Shown here: piece by piece, positions 35,029-44,111 of the stretch
Position numbering within the stretch: position 1 is the stretch's first letter
Layout: each line of letters opens with the position of its first letter
From: a virus
Taxonomy: Duplodnaviria; Caudoviricetes
IMG/VR virus record: IMGVR_UViG_3300034990_000013
Coordinates: 1-44,111 of that record
Length of the DNA: 44,111 bases
Direction: 5' to 3' (one strand)
Position numbers and translations under genes: made by a program
Notes under the pieces: model-generated
Told to the model about the DNA's origin: nothing
Seen by the model: only the letters and a program-made list of their open reading frames with translations
Databases searched by the model: none

Positions 35029-37016
35029 TTTCTATACCTCTTTGCCTCATAGCCTTCAGCTTCAACAGGTAAGTCTTCAGCCCAAGGCGGATTAATACAC
35101 ATTATTTCATTCATTTCTTTTATAGAGCCTTTACCATTTGGGACATCACATAATATTTCATCATGAACAGTTAAAATAATAGGATAACCTTTTTCTTTTA
35201 ACTTAAACATTGAATAAACCATACGATCATACGCAGTAGCTTGAATTACGTTGTTAGTAAGTTTACCACCATATGTTTGTTGTCTACAATATTTATGCGT
35301 TTGAGAATCTACACCCCAATATCTTATTTGGTCATTATAAGGTCCTTCGACAAGCTCTGGTTTATGATAAGCTAAAATTCTACCGCTAGGAAGTTTACAA
35401 TTAAGAAATCTAAGTTCACCGGAACCGATTACACGATATTTAACATTTTTATACGTTTGAGTAGACCCTGGATTAGCTACAGCTTTAACAGCTGCACCTT
35501 CTAAACCATGCCAAGCCGATACTATTTTAGGATTAGCTAAACGCCAAGCTTTTACAAAAGCTTCTGCTTCATCGTCTGGTATTATTACACCGTAAACAGC
35601 GGCGAAACTTTGGAACGCTCCTACAGCTCCTTGATAACCACAAGCTAATTCAATAACCTTACCTATTAATCGTTGATCATCTGTGACTTCACCATAATGT
35701 GTTTTAAAAGCGCCGACAGCGTTTTGTTTATAAATATCAAGGCCGTTTTCATATATTTTAAGACCTTCCTTATCACCAGCAAACCATCTTATTAATCTAC
35801 TTTCTATTTGTGAAAAATCACTCACAATAAGACGGTTTCCAGGGGACGCTATTATAACACCCCTTAAACAATTATTTAAAGCTTCCAAAGCGTTACAATA
35901 AAGCATTTCTATTAATGTATAATCTTCATATTTGAAAAGTTCTACACAATCCCACCATGTATCTTTATGAGAAGGTCTAGGAAGGTTTTGAGGTTGAAAA
36001 AGATTACCAGACCACCGGCCAGTGGAAGCTCCGTGAAAACGTAACAATCCGTGTGCTGTGTCTGTCATAAGAGGTATTATTTCTAAAAGTTTATCATATT
36101 TTTTAAGACCTGATTTTGATATTTTTAATCTGGATTCAATTAGTTTATAAGCTGTACTTTTTTTATCCAGTGTTTTTTGGAAATTTTTTAAATATTCACG
36201 TTGAGCATTTTCAATGAAAACACTTTCATATTCAAGAAGATATTCCATAAACTGATTACGACTATTTATATTTAAAAGTTTACCGTTTGTAATTTTTTCA
36301 ACTTTTTTTAATTCTACTTTTTTTGCTTGTTCACGTATAGTTATAGCATTTGAAGCAGATAAATAATCAAACCGTACACCGCGTAAATTTATTTCACGAT
36401 CTAACTCCCATATTCGTCTTGTTTCTTTTTGAAGAGGACGTAAAATTTTATTTATTTCTCTTTCTGCTATAACATCTTGTTTACAATATTCAATAAGTTT
36501 TTTAAAATCTCCTGGTTTATCTTCAGGGTATGTTCTACACAATTCACCTTTAACTTTTTTCGGTTTAGAGAACATATCTAAAAGTTTTTTACCTTCAGTA
36601 TCTTTAGTTAGATTGTCTGATAAATTTAAAGCTTTACCACAATCACCTAAACTTCTAGGGAGAGCTAAAACCGCCGCTTTAGCAGCTGTATCAGACCAAT
36701 ATTTAGGCTCCGGTAATGGCCCCCATTTTAAAACGTTTCGCATTATACAATATTCAAAAAAATCATTCCAAGCGTGAAATTTATAATTCCCCCTGGAATC
36801 TAACCAAAAATTAATCAGGTCTGGTATTGGTTCACCAGGGAGCCAAATATCAGGGTTATTGTTTTGTAATGAATAAGCAAAACATAAAACTTTTGTAGAA
36901 TGGTGCATACTATAAGCCCAAGGGCCTACATTTTTAAGATCCACTTCAGAATATGTTTCAAAATCGCCGTGTATGTTTATTAGATCGCACATAATAAATA
37001 TGGTGGGTTTTTGCAC
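35025..37016 (-). CDS. family A DNA polymerase (APSE-like)
   Basis: DFET exonuclease motif, TGRWSG, SDFSQIESR, R..GK...LACGY, VHDE; start uncertain (maybe 36992). Confidence 0.95.
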   Translation of the reverse strand: MQKPTIFIMCDLINIHGDFETYSEVDLKNVGPWAYSMHHSTKVLCFAYSLQNNNPDIWLPGEPIPDLINFWLDSRGNYKFHAWNDFFEYCIMRNVLKWGPLPEPKYWSDTAAKAAVLALPRSLGDCGKALNLSDNLTKDTEGKKLLDMFSKPKKVKGELCRTYPEDKPGDFKKLIEYCKQDVIAEREINKILRPLQKETRRIWELDREINLRGVRFDYLSASNAITIREQAKKVELKKVEKITNGKLLNINSRNQFMEYLLEYESVFIENAQREYLKNFQKTLDKKSTAYKLIESRLKISKSGLKKYDKLLEIIPLMTDTAHGLLRFHGASTGRWSGNLFQPQNLPRPSHKDTWWDCVELFKYEDYTLIEMLYCNALEALNNCLRGVIIASPGNRLIVSDFSQIESRLIRWFAGDKEGLKIYENGLDIYKQNAVGAFKTHYGEVTDDQRLIGKVIELACGYQGAVGAFQSFAAVYGVIIPDDEAEAFVKAWRLANPKIVSAWHGLEGAAVKAVANPGSTQTYKNVKYRVIGSGELRFLNCKLPSGRILAYHKPELVEGPYNDQIRYWGVDSQTHKYCRQQTYGGKLTNNVIQATAYDRMVYSMFKLKEKGYPIILTVHDEILCDVPNGKGSIKEMNEIMCINPPWAEDLPVEAEGYEAKRYRK

Positions 37017-37032
37017 CCACCAATTTTAATTT

Positions 37033-37614
37033 TTAATTTAAAAAATCGTCGTTACTTATTTGTTCATTTTCAGAGGTTTCCACGGAAGAGTCAAAACCTT
37101 TTGCGGCTTCTTCAGGGGAAACATATGAACCGTCGAATGAATCACCATCGGCTGAAAATTGAACAGCTAAAAGTGAAGCATTTACGCGACGCCCGAATTG
37201 ATTAGCTTGTCCCCATAAGTTAACTTTTACGTTAACATAACAACCCGAATATATTATATTATCTTCTTCAGTCATTCGAGTTAAATCTTTATGTAAAACA
37301 ACAGGATTTTTTTTGTTGCCGGCTCGTAAAAGTAAGCAGTTATTTGGATATTCATCACGATAACTATCACTATCAGGGCCGCGCAAACAAAGCTTATCCC
37401 CTTTAGGGGGTTGCTTTTTTAGTTTTGAGTTTTCGTTTATGATTTCTTTAATACGATTTATCAAAGTTTGTATTTCATCGGCGTGAACTTTTTGATCTAA
37501 CAAAACAGTAATACCGGGGTTGAAAGTTTGGCCGTCGTTTTCTTTTTTACCATAAAGTTGTGGAAAAGAGCAGCGAACATTTTTCAATATGATTGTTTTA
37601 TTTTCTTTTTGCAT
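37033..37614 (-). CDS. single-stranded DNA-binding protein (DUF2815-like)
   Basis: NVRCSFP, IYSGCYVN, L.AVQF..DG, acidic tail ending DDFLN. Confidence 0.88.
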   Translation of the reverse strand: MQKENKTIILKNVRCSFPQLYGKKENDGQTFNPGITVLLDQKVHADEIQTLINRIKEIINENSKLKKQPPKGDKLCLRGPDSDSYRDEYPNNCLLLRAGNKKNPVVLHKDLTRMTEEDNIIYSGCYVNVKVNLWGQANQFGRRVNASLLAVQFSADGDSFDGSYVSPEEAAKGFDSSVETSENEQISNDDFLN

Positions 37615-37656
37615 TTTGTTTCCTTTTTTAAGGTTTTAGGTTTTAAGTTTCAGGTT

Positions 37657-38940
37657 TTAGTCAAGAAAACTAAAGTCTTTTTTCTTTTCAATGTTGTCAA
37701 ATTCTTCAACAGTATTTACTATAGAAGGTCTTTTATCATCCACACTTACAACTTTAGGTTTACCTTCAGGCCTGTGTATTAAAGCTGTAGCCAGTTTTTG
37801 ATATCTTTTAGCATAATCATCCGGCTTTATCTCTTTAAGCTTTTTTTCGGCCTGTGTAGGTGAAATAATACTGATTTTTTCATAGTGTTCTTTTTTCAAA
37901 CCAGCTGTGTGTAAATGTTTAGCTAAAATTTTTTCGTCTTTAGTTGTCCATGACCTGTTACCTTCAGTAGCTACAAGTTTTAAACCTGGGACATCTTGTC
38001 CATCAAGTAACCTTTCAGAAATTTCGGTTTCAAGTTTTGAAGCCCAAGAAAGGAAAAATTTTAGATTTTTATAAGCGCAAGCCAAAACTTTTCCGGACAT
38101 GATTAAAGGATCGCGGACATTCTTTTTTTCAATTTTAGATGTAACTACTTCATTTTTCGCTTCAGAAGTTAAATCAGAGAAACCTTTTATAGCTGATTCA
38201 TAACCTATCTGGGTTCTTTTTATGCAATCAACATTACACCAGCGACAACCAGATTCTGAAGGATTTAAGTCATCTTCAGTTATTTCATTCGGGTTTTTCG
38301 CTAAATAATACGCTTTTTCAGCTAAACTTTTGACATGGTTTCTTCCCCAGTTACGAAGATTATTAATTGAAATTGGGAATTCGGTTATGGAATCCTTCCG
38401 TGGTTGAACTATTACTATTACAACTTTTGTAATTCTATATTTAATAAGCTCTTCTCTTGATAAAGCGCCAAGAGAGTAAAGCATACCTTGAGGATTTTCA
38501 TACGCTTTTACAAGGATACCTTTTCCATATTTGAAATCAACAATAAAAAGTATATATTCATCATCTTCTTGAACAATGGTGAAATAGTCAATAGTTCCGG
38601 AACACTCGTTAACGTATTCACTCATGAAAACTTTTTCTTCAGCCCAAGCTTCAACGCCTTTCAATCCTTTGATGTAATCAAGATAAACTTCTATAGCGTC
38701 AACCATTTCTTGATCGACTTCTATTTCAAAACCGTCTTGATTAAAAGAAGAGCCTAAATATTCTTTAGGGTTTTGTTCAGATATGATACAGCGATACGCT
38801 ATATCATGTGCTACTGTGCCCTCAGCTGAACTTTCTGTAGGTTTATCTTTTATACCAGCTCGTTTTTCAAGGCCCACTGCGCCAGGGCAAGTGAGCCATC
38901 TTTTAGAGTCGCTAGGGGCTAAAAGTGCATGTTCACTCAT
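37657..38940 (-). CDS. Cas4-like exonuclease (DUF2800-like)
   Basis: HALLAPS..RW..CPG, EGT.AH, GTID, DFKYGKG, QPR, CRWC. Confidence 0.9.
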   Translation of the reverse strand: MSEHALLAPSDSKRWLTCPGAVGLEKRAGIKDKPTESSAEGTVAHDIAYRCIISEQNPKEYLGSSFNQDGFEIEVDQEMVDAIEVYLDYIKGLKGVEAWAEEKVFMSEYVNECSGTIDYFTIVQEDDEYILFIVDFKYGKGILVKAYENPQGMLYSLGALSREELIKYRITKVVIVIVQPRKDSITEFPISINNLRNWGRNHVKSLAEKAYYLAKNPNEITEDDLNPSESGCRWCNVDCIKRTQIGYESAIKGFSDLTSEAKNEVVTSKIEKKNVRDPLIMSGKVLACAYKNLKFFLSWASKLETEISERLLDGQDVPGLKLVATEGNRSWTTKDEKILAKHLHTAGLKKEHYEKISIISPTQAEKKLKEIKPDDYAKRYQKLATALIHRPEGKPKVVSVDDKRPSIVNTVEEFDNIEKKKDFSFLD

Positions 38941-38942
38941 GA

Positions 38943-39329
38943 TTATTCATCCAACTTTTTAAAAGCAGTTTCATAGAATTCAGGATATCTATCTTCACTT
39001 ACTTCACTGATTGAAGAGCCAAACATAGAAACAACTTTTTTAGCTTCTTCCGGGCCCTTTTTTTCAACAATTTTTACAATGACACTTTTTATCATGTCTT
39101 TGGTTATTTCAGAAGGTTTATCATTTTTAATGCTTTCATCTTTAACACTTTCAACGTTGGGTTTGCGTCTTCTACGTTTTTTCTTTTCTTCTAAAGGTTT
39201 TGTTTCGTGTGGTTCAATATCAATGACTTTTTTATTCATAGCTTCTTGAAAATCAGCTGTGTTTTTTATAGCATCAGCTAAATTATTGATCGCTGAAGCG
39301 TGAGCCAAAATCGCGTCTTCCAGGGACAT
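38943..39329 (-). CDS. hypothetical protein of APSE-like replication modules
   Basis: MSLE.AI...A.AI N-terminus and helical C-terminal domain; AAGGAG RBS. Confidence 0.8.
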   Translation of the reverse strand: MSLEDAILAHASAINNLADAIKNTADFQEAMNKKVIDIEPHETKPLEEKKKRRRRKPNVESVKDESIKNDKPSEITKDMIKSVIVKIVEKKGPEEAKKVVSMFGSSISEVSEDRYPEFYETAFKKLDE

Positions 39330-39357
39330 TCTTTTCTCCTTGTTGAGTGTTTCAAGT

Positions 39358-39385
39358 AATCTAGCAATGTTTTTAAAAAAGGCAA
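39358..39385 (-). promoter_or_regulatory. candidate promoter of the replication operon
   Basis: TTGCCT-N16-TAGATT with extended -10 TG in the divergent gap. Confidence 0.45.
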
Positions 39386-39456
39386 CAGGAAATTTAATAA
39401 AAAATTTCTGTACCTAAAATTTTTTATTTTGCTATATTTTAATTCAGGAGAAAAAT

Positions 39457-39942
39457 ATGTCTAATCAAAACATACCCACTCCCTGGAATCTGTTTTTTGC
39501 TGTAGAAAAATATTTCCATATACATTTTAAGTATGATATGGCAGCAAGTAAAGAAAATGCAAAATGTGGTATTTTCTTTACTGAGGAAGACGATTCTTTA
39601 TCAATTGATTGGCCAACAGATGGGTGGATCTGGTTAAACCCCACATTTGTTAATCTAACTAAATGGATTAACAAATGTAAAGAACAAAAAGAAAAGGGTT
39701 GTAGAATAATATCTATTTGGCCTTTTTCATGTGATTTAAATCAAATAGTATCTTACCAAAACGCCAATGAATTTAGGATATTTGGAAGGGTTTGGCCTAA
39801 TGTTAGAGGTTGTGTTCTATATGAATGGTGTAACGATTTAAAAATAGGTATGAAAAATTTAAGGTTCCAATATATAAAACATAATTATTACAGTGCTGCT
39901 CTAAGATGGAAAAATAACAAATTAACATTAATCCCGAGGTGA
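39457..39942 (+). CDS. phage Dam-like N6-adenine methyltransferase
   Basis: TP..LF, DMAASKENAKC, DSL..DW, WLNPTF. Confidence 0.8.
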   Translation: MSNQNIPTPWNLFFAVEKYFHIHFKYDMAASKENAKCGIFFTEEDDSLSIDWPTDGWIWLNPTFVNLTKWINKCKEQKEKGCRIISIWPFSCDLNQIVSYQNANEFRIFGRVWPNVRGCVLYEWCNDLKIGMKNLRFQYIKHNYYSAALRWKNNKLTLIPR

Positions 39943-39946
39943 CAAC

Positions 39947-40201
39947 ATGAAAAAAATAGCTTTATTGTTTTGGTCTTTTATTTATATAAAGTTTTTATCT
40001 AAATCGTTGATATTACAAATAAAAATTAAAAACTTATTTGTATTGTTTATATATTCATTAATAATAATTATAATATCAAGTTTTTTAACATTTTATTATA
40101 CTAATAATTTTTATTATAATGAAATAAAAAAAATAATTTATGATGAAATTTATAACGATTATCATATGGATAATCAATATTATAAAAATAACACGATTTA
40201 A
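39947..40201 (+). CDS. small membrane protein
   Basis: hydrophobic stretches; GAGG RBS; extremely AT-rich. Confidence 0.55.
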   Translation: MKKIALLFWSFIYIKFLSKSLILQIKIKNLFVLFIYSLIIIIISSFLTFYYTNNFYYNEIKKIIYDEIYNDYHMDNQYYKNNTI

Positions 40202-40215
40202 AACACAGGTTTATC

Positions 40216-40617
40216 ATGAAAAATAAAAAGGAATTCGTCGATAAAAGAATATCTAAAGATCGTTGTGATATTCTCTTAGAAAAAGCAGGACTGAATAGAT
40301 CTGATGTTTTTAAAATAATCAATAATTGTGATAAAATTTTAAAAAAATATGGCTTTGCAAACAAACAAGAAGTTTCAAAAATAGTTGAAAGATTTAGATA
40401 CGCCCATATTAAATTTCCAAAAAAATATAGAAATAATTTATTAGCCAAGCATTTAAAAATAACCAAAACAGTGAAAGGTTATTTATTAAACGTAACTATT
40501 AAGCATTTACCTACCGGTTTTAAAGCTTCTGGAGTCTGTGTCAAAAACGCTTATAACACTTTACACAAAGACCTTATCAGACAAATAAAAAATAAAATTA
40601 AATCTATTAAAATTTAA
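40216..40617 (+). CDS. basic hypothetical protein
   Basis: ORF in the plus-strand operon. Confidence 0.7.
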   Translation: MKNKKEFVDKRISKDRCDILLEKAGLNRSDVFKIINNCDKILKKYGFANKQEVSKIVERFRYAHIKFPKKYRNNLLAKHLKITKTVKGYLLNVTIKHLPTGFKASGVCVKNAYNTLHKDLIRQIKNKIKSIKI

Positions 40618-40631
40618 CTTTAGGGATTAAT

Positions 40632-40838
40632 ATGCAACCATATAACAACGACATACCTTTAAGTGAACCTGAAGAGTTTAAAGACTTTGATGAATGTGCT
40701 AAGAGAGCTAGAGCGCTTTTATCTAATGGATTCGCTGATGAGGTTCGGATTATGAACGCTAAAAAAGCTGAAGAAAGAAAAAAACAGTACAGAGAGTGGA
40801 GAAAGGCGCTTAAAAAAAGGGTTAGTTTTAATAATTAA
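40632..40838 (+). CDS. hypothetical protein
   Basis: ORF just before the primase. Confidence 0.7.
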   Translation: MQPYNNDIPLSEPEEFKDFDECAKRARALLSNGFADEVRIMNAKKAEERKKQYREWRKALKKRVSFNN

Positions 40839-40842
40839 ACTC

Positions 40843-43116
40843 ATGAATCTTAAACGATTACACGGCCCGCCACTTTTTAATATTGGTTATAAAATAATTC
40901 CAATCCGGAAAGGTAAAAAATTTCCCACATTAAAAGGATGGCAAAAATTAAAAGCTAATAAGCAAGATGTTCTAAATTGGATTAAAAATCCATATTGTGG
41001 TGGTTTTGGGGTTTTAGGTGAATTCACTCCTGGTATTGATATAGATATCCAAGATGAAAAAATAGTTAATAAGATTGTAAAATGGTGTCATGAAAATATA
41101 GGGTGGGCTCCTGTACGCCGTGGAAACGCCCCTAGAGCACTTTTACCTTGTTGCCCACCTGAAGCCGGCTTAGGCCCAGACTACTCCGCAAAATTCATAG
41201 ATGTGGCTGAAAACACCCATCAAATAGAAATCAAAGCCACTGGCCAACAATGGGTTGCTTATGGGATTCACCCTAAAACCAAAAAGGAGTATTTTTGGGA
41301 AAAAGAAGAACTCTATAATGTGGCGCCGGATTGGCTCCCAGAGTTAACCGGCACTAAAATTCATGCGCTTTTCGATTATTTTTACAGTATTGTTCCGGAT
41401 CACTGGGAAAAAAAATCTGTTGATAAAAGAGAAAAATTTGGTGGGTTAACTCCGGACGGAAGACTTTCAGGAAATTTATCTTTTGAAAACTATACCCCAC
41501 CATTAAATATTGAAACAGATAAGGTAAAAGCGATTTTATCAAAACTAGACCCGGATGGAAATATAAACGGTCTTGGCTGGCGTTCTGTAGGAATGGCTCT
41601 TTATCACCAATTCGAAGGATCTGAAGAAGGGTTTAAAATTTTTGATGAATGGTCCCAGAGATCAAAAGAATATGACCGTAAAGAAATAGATGCGCGCTGG
41701 CCGTCTTGGGGTAGCGCCACATATGCCGGCAAACCTCTAACCATGGCAACTATTATACATATGTATAACACTATCATGGATGAAACCGAAGACCCTACAC
41801 TGATTCGCAAACCTAAAAAATTAACCGCTTGGGAGAAACGTTGGGCTATTGTGGAACTTACGGACGGGACCGAAGTACACGACACTGGGGTCCCACTATA
41901 CAAAGCTACAAGACGGACTTTAAGAGCTTTTAAAGAGCAAAACGCTGGTTATCTTTATAATAGGTTAAATCCGGATGGAACTTTTAAAACCATGCCTATG
42001 GTTGACGCTTGGTCAGCTTCTTTAAATACACGGCATTATTCAGGCTACACTTATCAACCTGGTAAATCAAGGTTTTGTCCTAGGGAATTCTCATTTGGTG
42101 ATAATTCTTTATACGTAAATACTTTTTATTTTCCACCACATAAAGAAATAGTTTGTGGTTTAGCTATTAAAAAACTAAGTGTTTTTTTCGATTTTTTAAA
42201 ACACTTGTTTCCAGAAAAGGAAGAGAGATATTTTATTGTTCAATGGCTTGCCAGAATGATAAAAAATCCAGAAACAAGGTCTTTTGTTACTCCGATTAAC
42301 GTTACCCCTTGTACTGGAACCGGCAGAGGATTATTTTTTGAAATTTTACGTTCTGTTTTAGGTAGTCACAATTGCCATGATGTTTCCCGAGATGATTTAG
42401 AAGGGCGTTTTAACAGTTTCATGGATAAATGTATCCTGGCCGTTGTTCAAGAAATTAAAACAGCTACAGGAGAACGGAAATATCAAATGTGGGAAAGAAT
42501 GAAATCACTTTTAGCTGATACGACAACAAATATACAACAAAAAGGCAAAGATTCTTATACAGCCACAATTTACGCTAATTTTTTAATGTTTTCGAACAAC
42601 CTTGACGCTCTTCCTATACCGGATGAAAAAGAAAGACGTATTTACGCTATGAGGGGCGCTATAAACCCGCCAACAGTTGAGTATATAGATAGGATACTTG
42701 AATGGAAAAAAGACACTGAGAATATAGCAGCTTTGTTCTGGTGGCTTAAATCTCAAAACGTTGATAATTCTCTTTTTAAACGCGCTCCAATGACAGAAAC
42801 AAAAAAGCAAATGATTCTTTTAACACATGGAACTAATTTCACTAATTTAACAGATTGGCTTTATTATGCGGCTCCTGAAGTTTTCGATTATGATTATATA
42901 TCTGAAGAACTTGAAAAATTTTCTGGTGATATGGAAGGAGTAGGGATTTCTAGGAAAATGATGCGCCGGGCTTTAGCTGACAGAGGTTATCATTCAACTC
43001 AATTACGATTAAAAGAAAAAAGAGTTTATGTTTATTATGACCCTACTATAACCAAACCAGATCCGGAAATTTTAAGAAAAAAATATAACATTAGTAAATT
43101 GTCATTTTTAGATTAA
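40843..43116 (+). CDS. primase-polymerase / PriCT-2 / SF3-like helicase fusion
   Basis: K.P...W, DIDI, GIHP.T..Y.W; W..VGMAL, FDEWS; GTGRG Walker A, VVQE Walker B, FSNN, ERR. Confidence 0.92.
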   Translation: MNLKRLHGPPLFNIGYKIIPIRKGKKFPTLKGWQKLKANKQDVLNWIKNPYCGGFGVLGEFTPGIDIDIQDEKIVNKIVKWCHENIGWAPVRRGNAPRALLPCCPPEAGLGPDYSAKFIDVAENTHQIEIKATGQQWVAYGIHPKTKKEYFWEKEELYNVAPDWLPELTGTKIHALFDYFYSIVPDHWEKKSVDKREKFGGLTPDGRLSGNLSFENYTPPLNIETDKVKAILSKLDPDGNINGLGWRSVGMALYHQFEGSEEGFKIFDEWSQRSKEYDRKEIDARWPSWGSATYAGKPLTMATIIHMYNTIMDETEDPTLIRKPKKLTAWEKRWAIVELTDGTEVHDTGVPLYKATRRTLRAFKEQNAGYLYNRLNPDGTFKTMPMVDAWSASLNTRHYSGYTYQPGKSRFCPREFSFGDNSLYVNTFYFPPHKEIVCGLAIKKLSVFFDFLKHLFPEKEERYFIVQWLARMIKNPETRSFVTPINVTPCTGTGRGLFFEILRSVLGSHNCHDVSRDDLEGRFNSFMDKCILAVVQEIKTATGERKYQMWERMKSLLADTTTNIQQKGKDSYTATIYANFLMFSNNLDALPIPDEKERRIYAMRGAINPPTVEYIDRILEWKKDTENIAALFWWLKSQNVDNSLFKRAPMTETKKQMILLTHGTNFTNLTDWLYYAAPEVFDYDYISEELEKFSGDMEGVGISRKMMRRALADRGYHSTQLRLKEKRVYVYYDPTITKPDPEILRKKYNISKLSFLD

Positions 43117-43128
43117 GGATTTAATAAA

Positions 43129-43467
43129 ATGTCTGAATTTAGAAAAAGTGTTTTTGAAAAAGCAAGAGAAAAAAACGTTAAAAACATTAAAAACTGTACT
43201 TGGATTTCATCATTGACCCCAGTTTTAAAGGAATTGAAAAAAGCGAAAGAAAAATTCCCTTGGTGGCCAACAGATCCGCATAGAGCTTTTAATATTGTCG
43301 CTGAGGAAGCCGGTGAACTTGTTAGGGAATTAAACATGATATGTGACGAACCGGAAAGATCAAGTGTTGAAAGAGCTAAAAAGGAAGCTGTACAATTAGC
43401 CGCTATGTCTATACGTTTTTTAGAAAATTTTAAGTTTTACAAATGTGAAAAAAGTAGAAGGTGTTAA
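43129..43467 (+). CDS. MazG-like nucleotide pyrophosphohydrolase
   Basis: EEAGEL...KEAVQLAAM helical motif. Confidence 0.75.
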   Translation: MSEFRKSVFEKAREKNVKNIKNCTWISSLTPVLKELKKAKEKFPWWPTDPHRAFNIVAEEAGELVRELNMICDEPERSSVERAKKEAVQLAAMSIRFLENFKFYKCEKSRRC

Positions 43468-43814
43468 AGATTATAATTTTTCAATAAATTATATATTTTA
43501 TTTAATGCCTCATCCTGATCATGATCTAAATCTGTAATAAAATCATTATCACTTCTTTGTGGTGTATCATCTAATATATCTCTAATTCTTTTAAAAATGT
43601 TTTTATAGAAATCAACATCGGTTTTAGGTTTCATTTCTGTACAATATTGATTTTTAATATTATTTGGATAAGTAATATCCGGTTTAAGTTTTTTCTTAGG
43701 CCATAAAAATAATGCAATTTTGACACAATAATAAAAATACATGATAAGCATTAAAAAAATAAAAGCAGGGGTTAAAATTTCTCTTGATAAATCTTGTATT
43801 GTTATTAAATCCAT
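43464..43814 (-). CDS. membrane-anchored hypothetical protein
   Basis: N-terminal TM segment; AAAGGTG RBS. Confidence 0.65.
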   Translation of the reverse strand: MDLITIQDLSREILTPAFIFLMLIMYFYYCVKIALFLWPKKKLKPDITYPNNIKNQYCTEMKPKTDVDFYKNIFKRIRDILDDTPQRSDNDFITDLDHDQDEALNKIYNLLKNYNL

Positions 43815-43828
43815 AAAAACACCTTTTT

Positions 43829-43891
43829 AAAAAAGGGGTCTTTCCGGTAAAAGTAGGTTTGGTTAGATGATGAAAAAACCGGAAAAACCCC
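43829..43891 (-). terminator. long-loop hairpin with U-tract
   Basis: GGGGUUUUUCCGGU-N29-ACCGGAAAGACCCC-UUUUUU. Confidence 0.5.
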
Positions 43892-43915
43892 AAACGAGAT
43901 AATATTAAATATAAA

Positions 43916-44111
43916 CTATTCTTTGTTATTGACAACTTTTAAAACTTTAATCTCAATAAAATCACAAGCCGAATATCTTGAAACAGGGTTTATGTTTAAA
44001 AAATCAAAGCATTTATTATAGATTTTCACTTTTTGTTCACACTCTTCTAATGTTTCAGCTTTACTATTGTGATCAATCCATTCAAAATCTTGTAAAATAT
44101 TTTTACGAATT
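43916..44111 (-). CDS. 74-aa hypothetical protein spanning the circular junction (starts at position 56)
   Basis: ATG at 56-54 with GAGG RBS reads MKRNKNVVFAIRKNILQDFEWIDH...NNKE to TAG at 43918-43916. Confidence 0.75.
   Translation of the reverse strand, partial: IRKNILQDFEWIDHNSKAETLEECEQKVKIYNKCFDFLNINPVSRYSACDFIEIKVLKVVNNKE
44085..44111. repeat. 27-bp terminal direct repeat, copy 2
   Basis: identical to 1-27. Confidence 0.97.

Noticed and set aside
37657-38940. Cas4-like gene as evidence of a CRISPR-Cas system
   Set aside because: It is the usual stand-alone nuclease of APSE-like replication modules; no other cas genes or array are present.
40480-40560. VTIKHLPTG resembles a release-factor domain
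   Set aside because: No GGQ motif, and the match is too short to support a function.
40735-40765. CUGAUGA followed by a short stem
   Set aside because: Inside a coding region and not followed by GAAA, so a chance match.
1-44111. Alternative genetic code
   Set aside because: Long genes are intact under the standard code, and TAA, TAG and TGA all end genes at sensible boundaries.

Overview
This window is an apparently complete, circular ~44.08 kb genome of an AT-rich tailed phage with podovirus-like organisation. Bases 1-27 repeat exactly at 44085-44111, and one ORF reads through that junction. I see no integrase, repressor, tRNA, CRISPR array or reverse transcriptase. Layout: (1) a minus-strand early region (about 6500 down to 1, continuing across the junction) of small-gene cassettes with five near-consensus sigma70 promoters, CA-rich leaders, a pentapeptide-repeat protein and ThyA; (2) a symmetric repeat array at 6528-6988, a candidate origin or packaging site; (3) a plus-strand virion module: TerS, TerL, portal, scaffold, major capsid, adaptor, nozzle, two fibres, ejection proteins and a holin-like gene; (4) a minus-strand APSE-like replication operon: Cas4-like nuclease, SSB, PolA, dCMP deaminase, exonuclease, MTase, VRR-NUC, SNF2 helicase and an M15 endolysin; (5) a plus-strand Dam-like MTase, primase-helicase and MazG-like gene. 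The most notable observations: self-cleaving ribozyme-like RNAs of two classes (a complete twister-sister fold, a P1-less pistol core and a broken twister-sister copy fused to a terminator-like sequence) sit between early genes just upstream of ribosome binding sites, and three virion-module proteins, including a tail fibre, start with Sec-type signal peptides. Family assignments come from motif recognition by eye, not from database searches.
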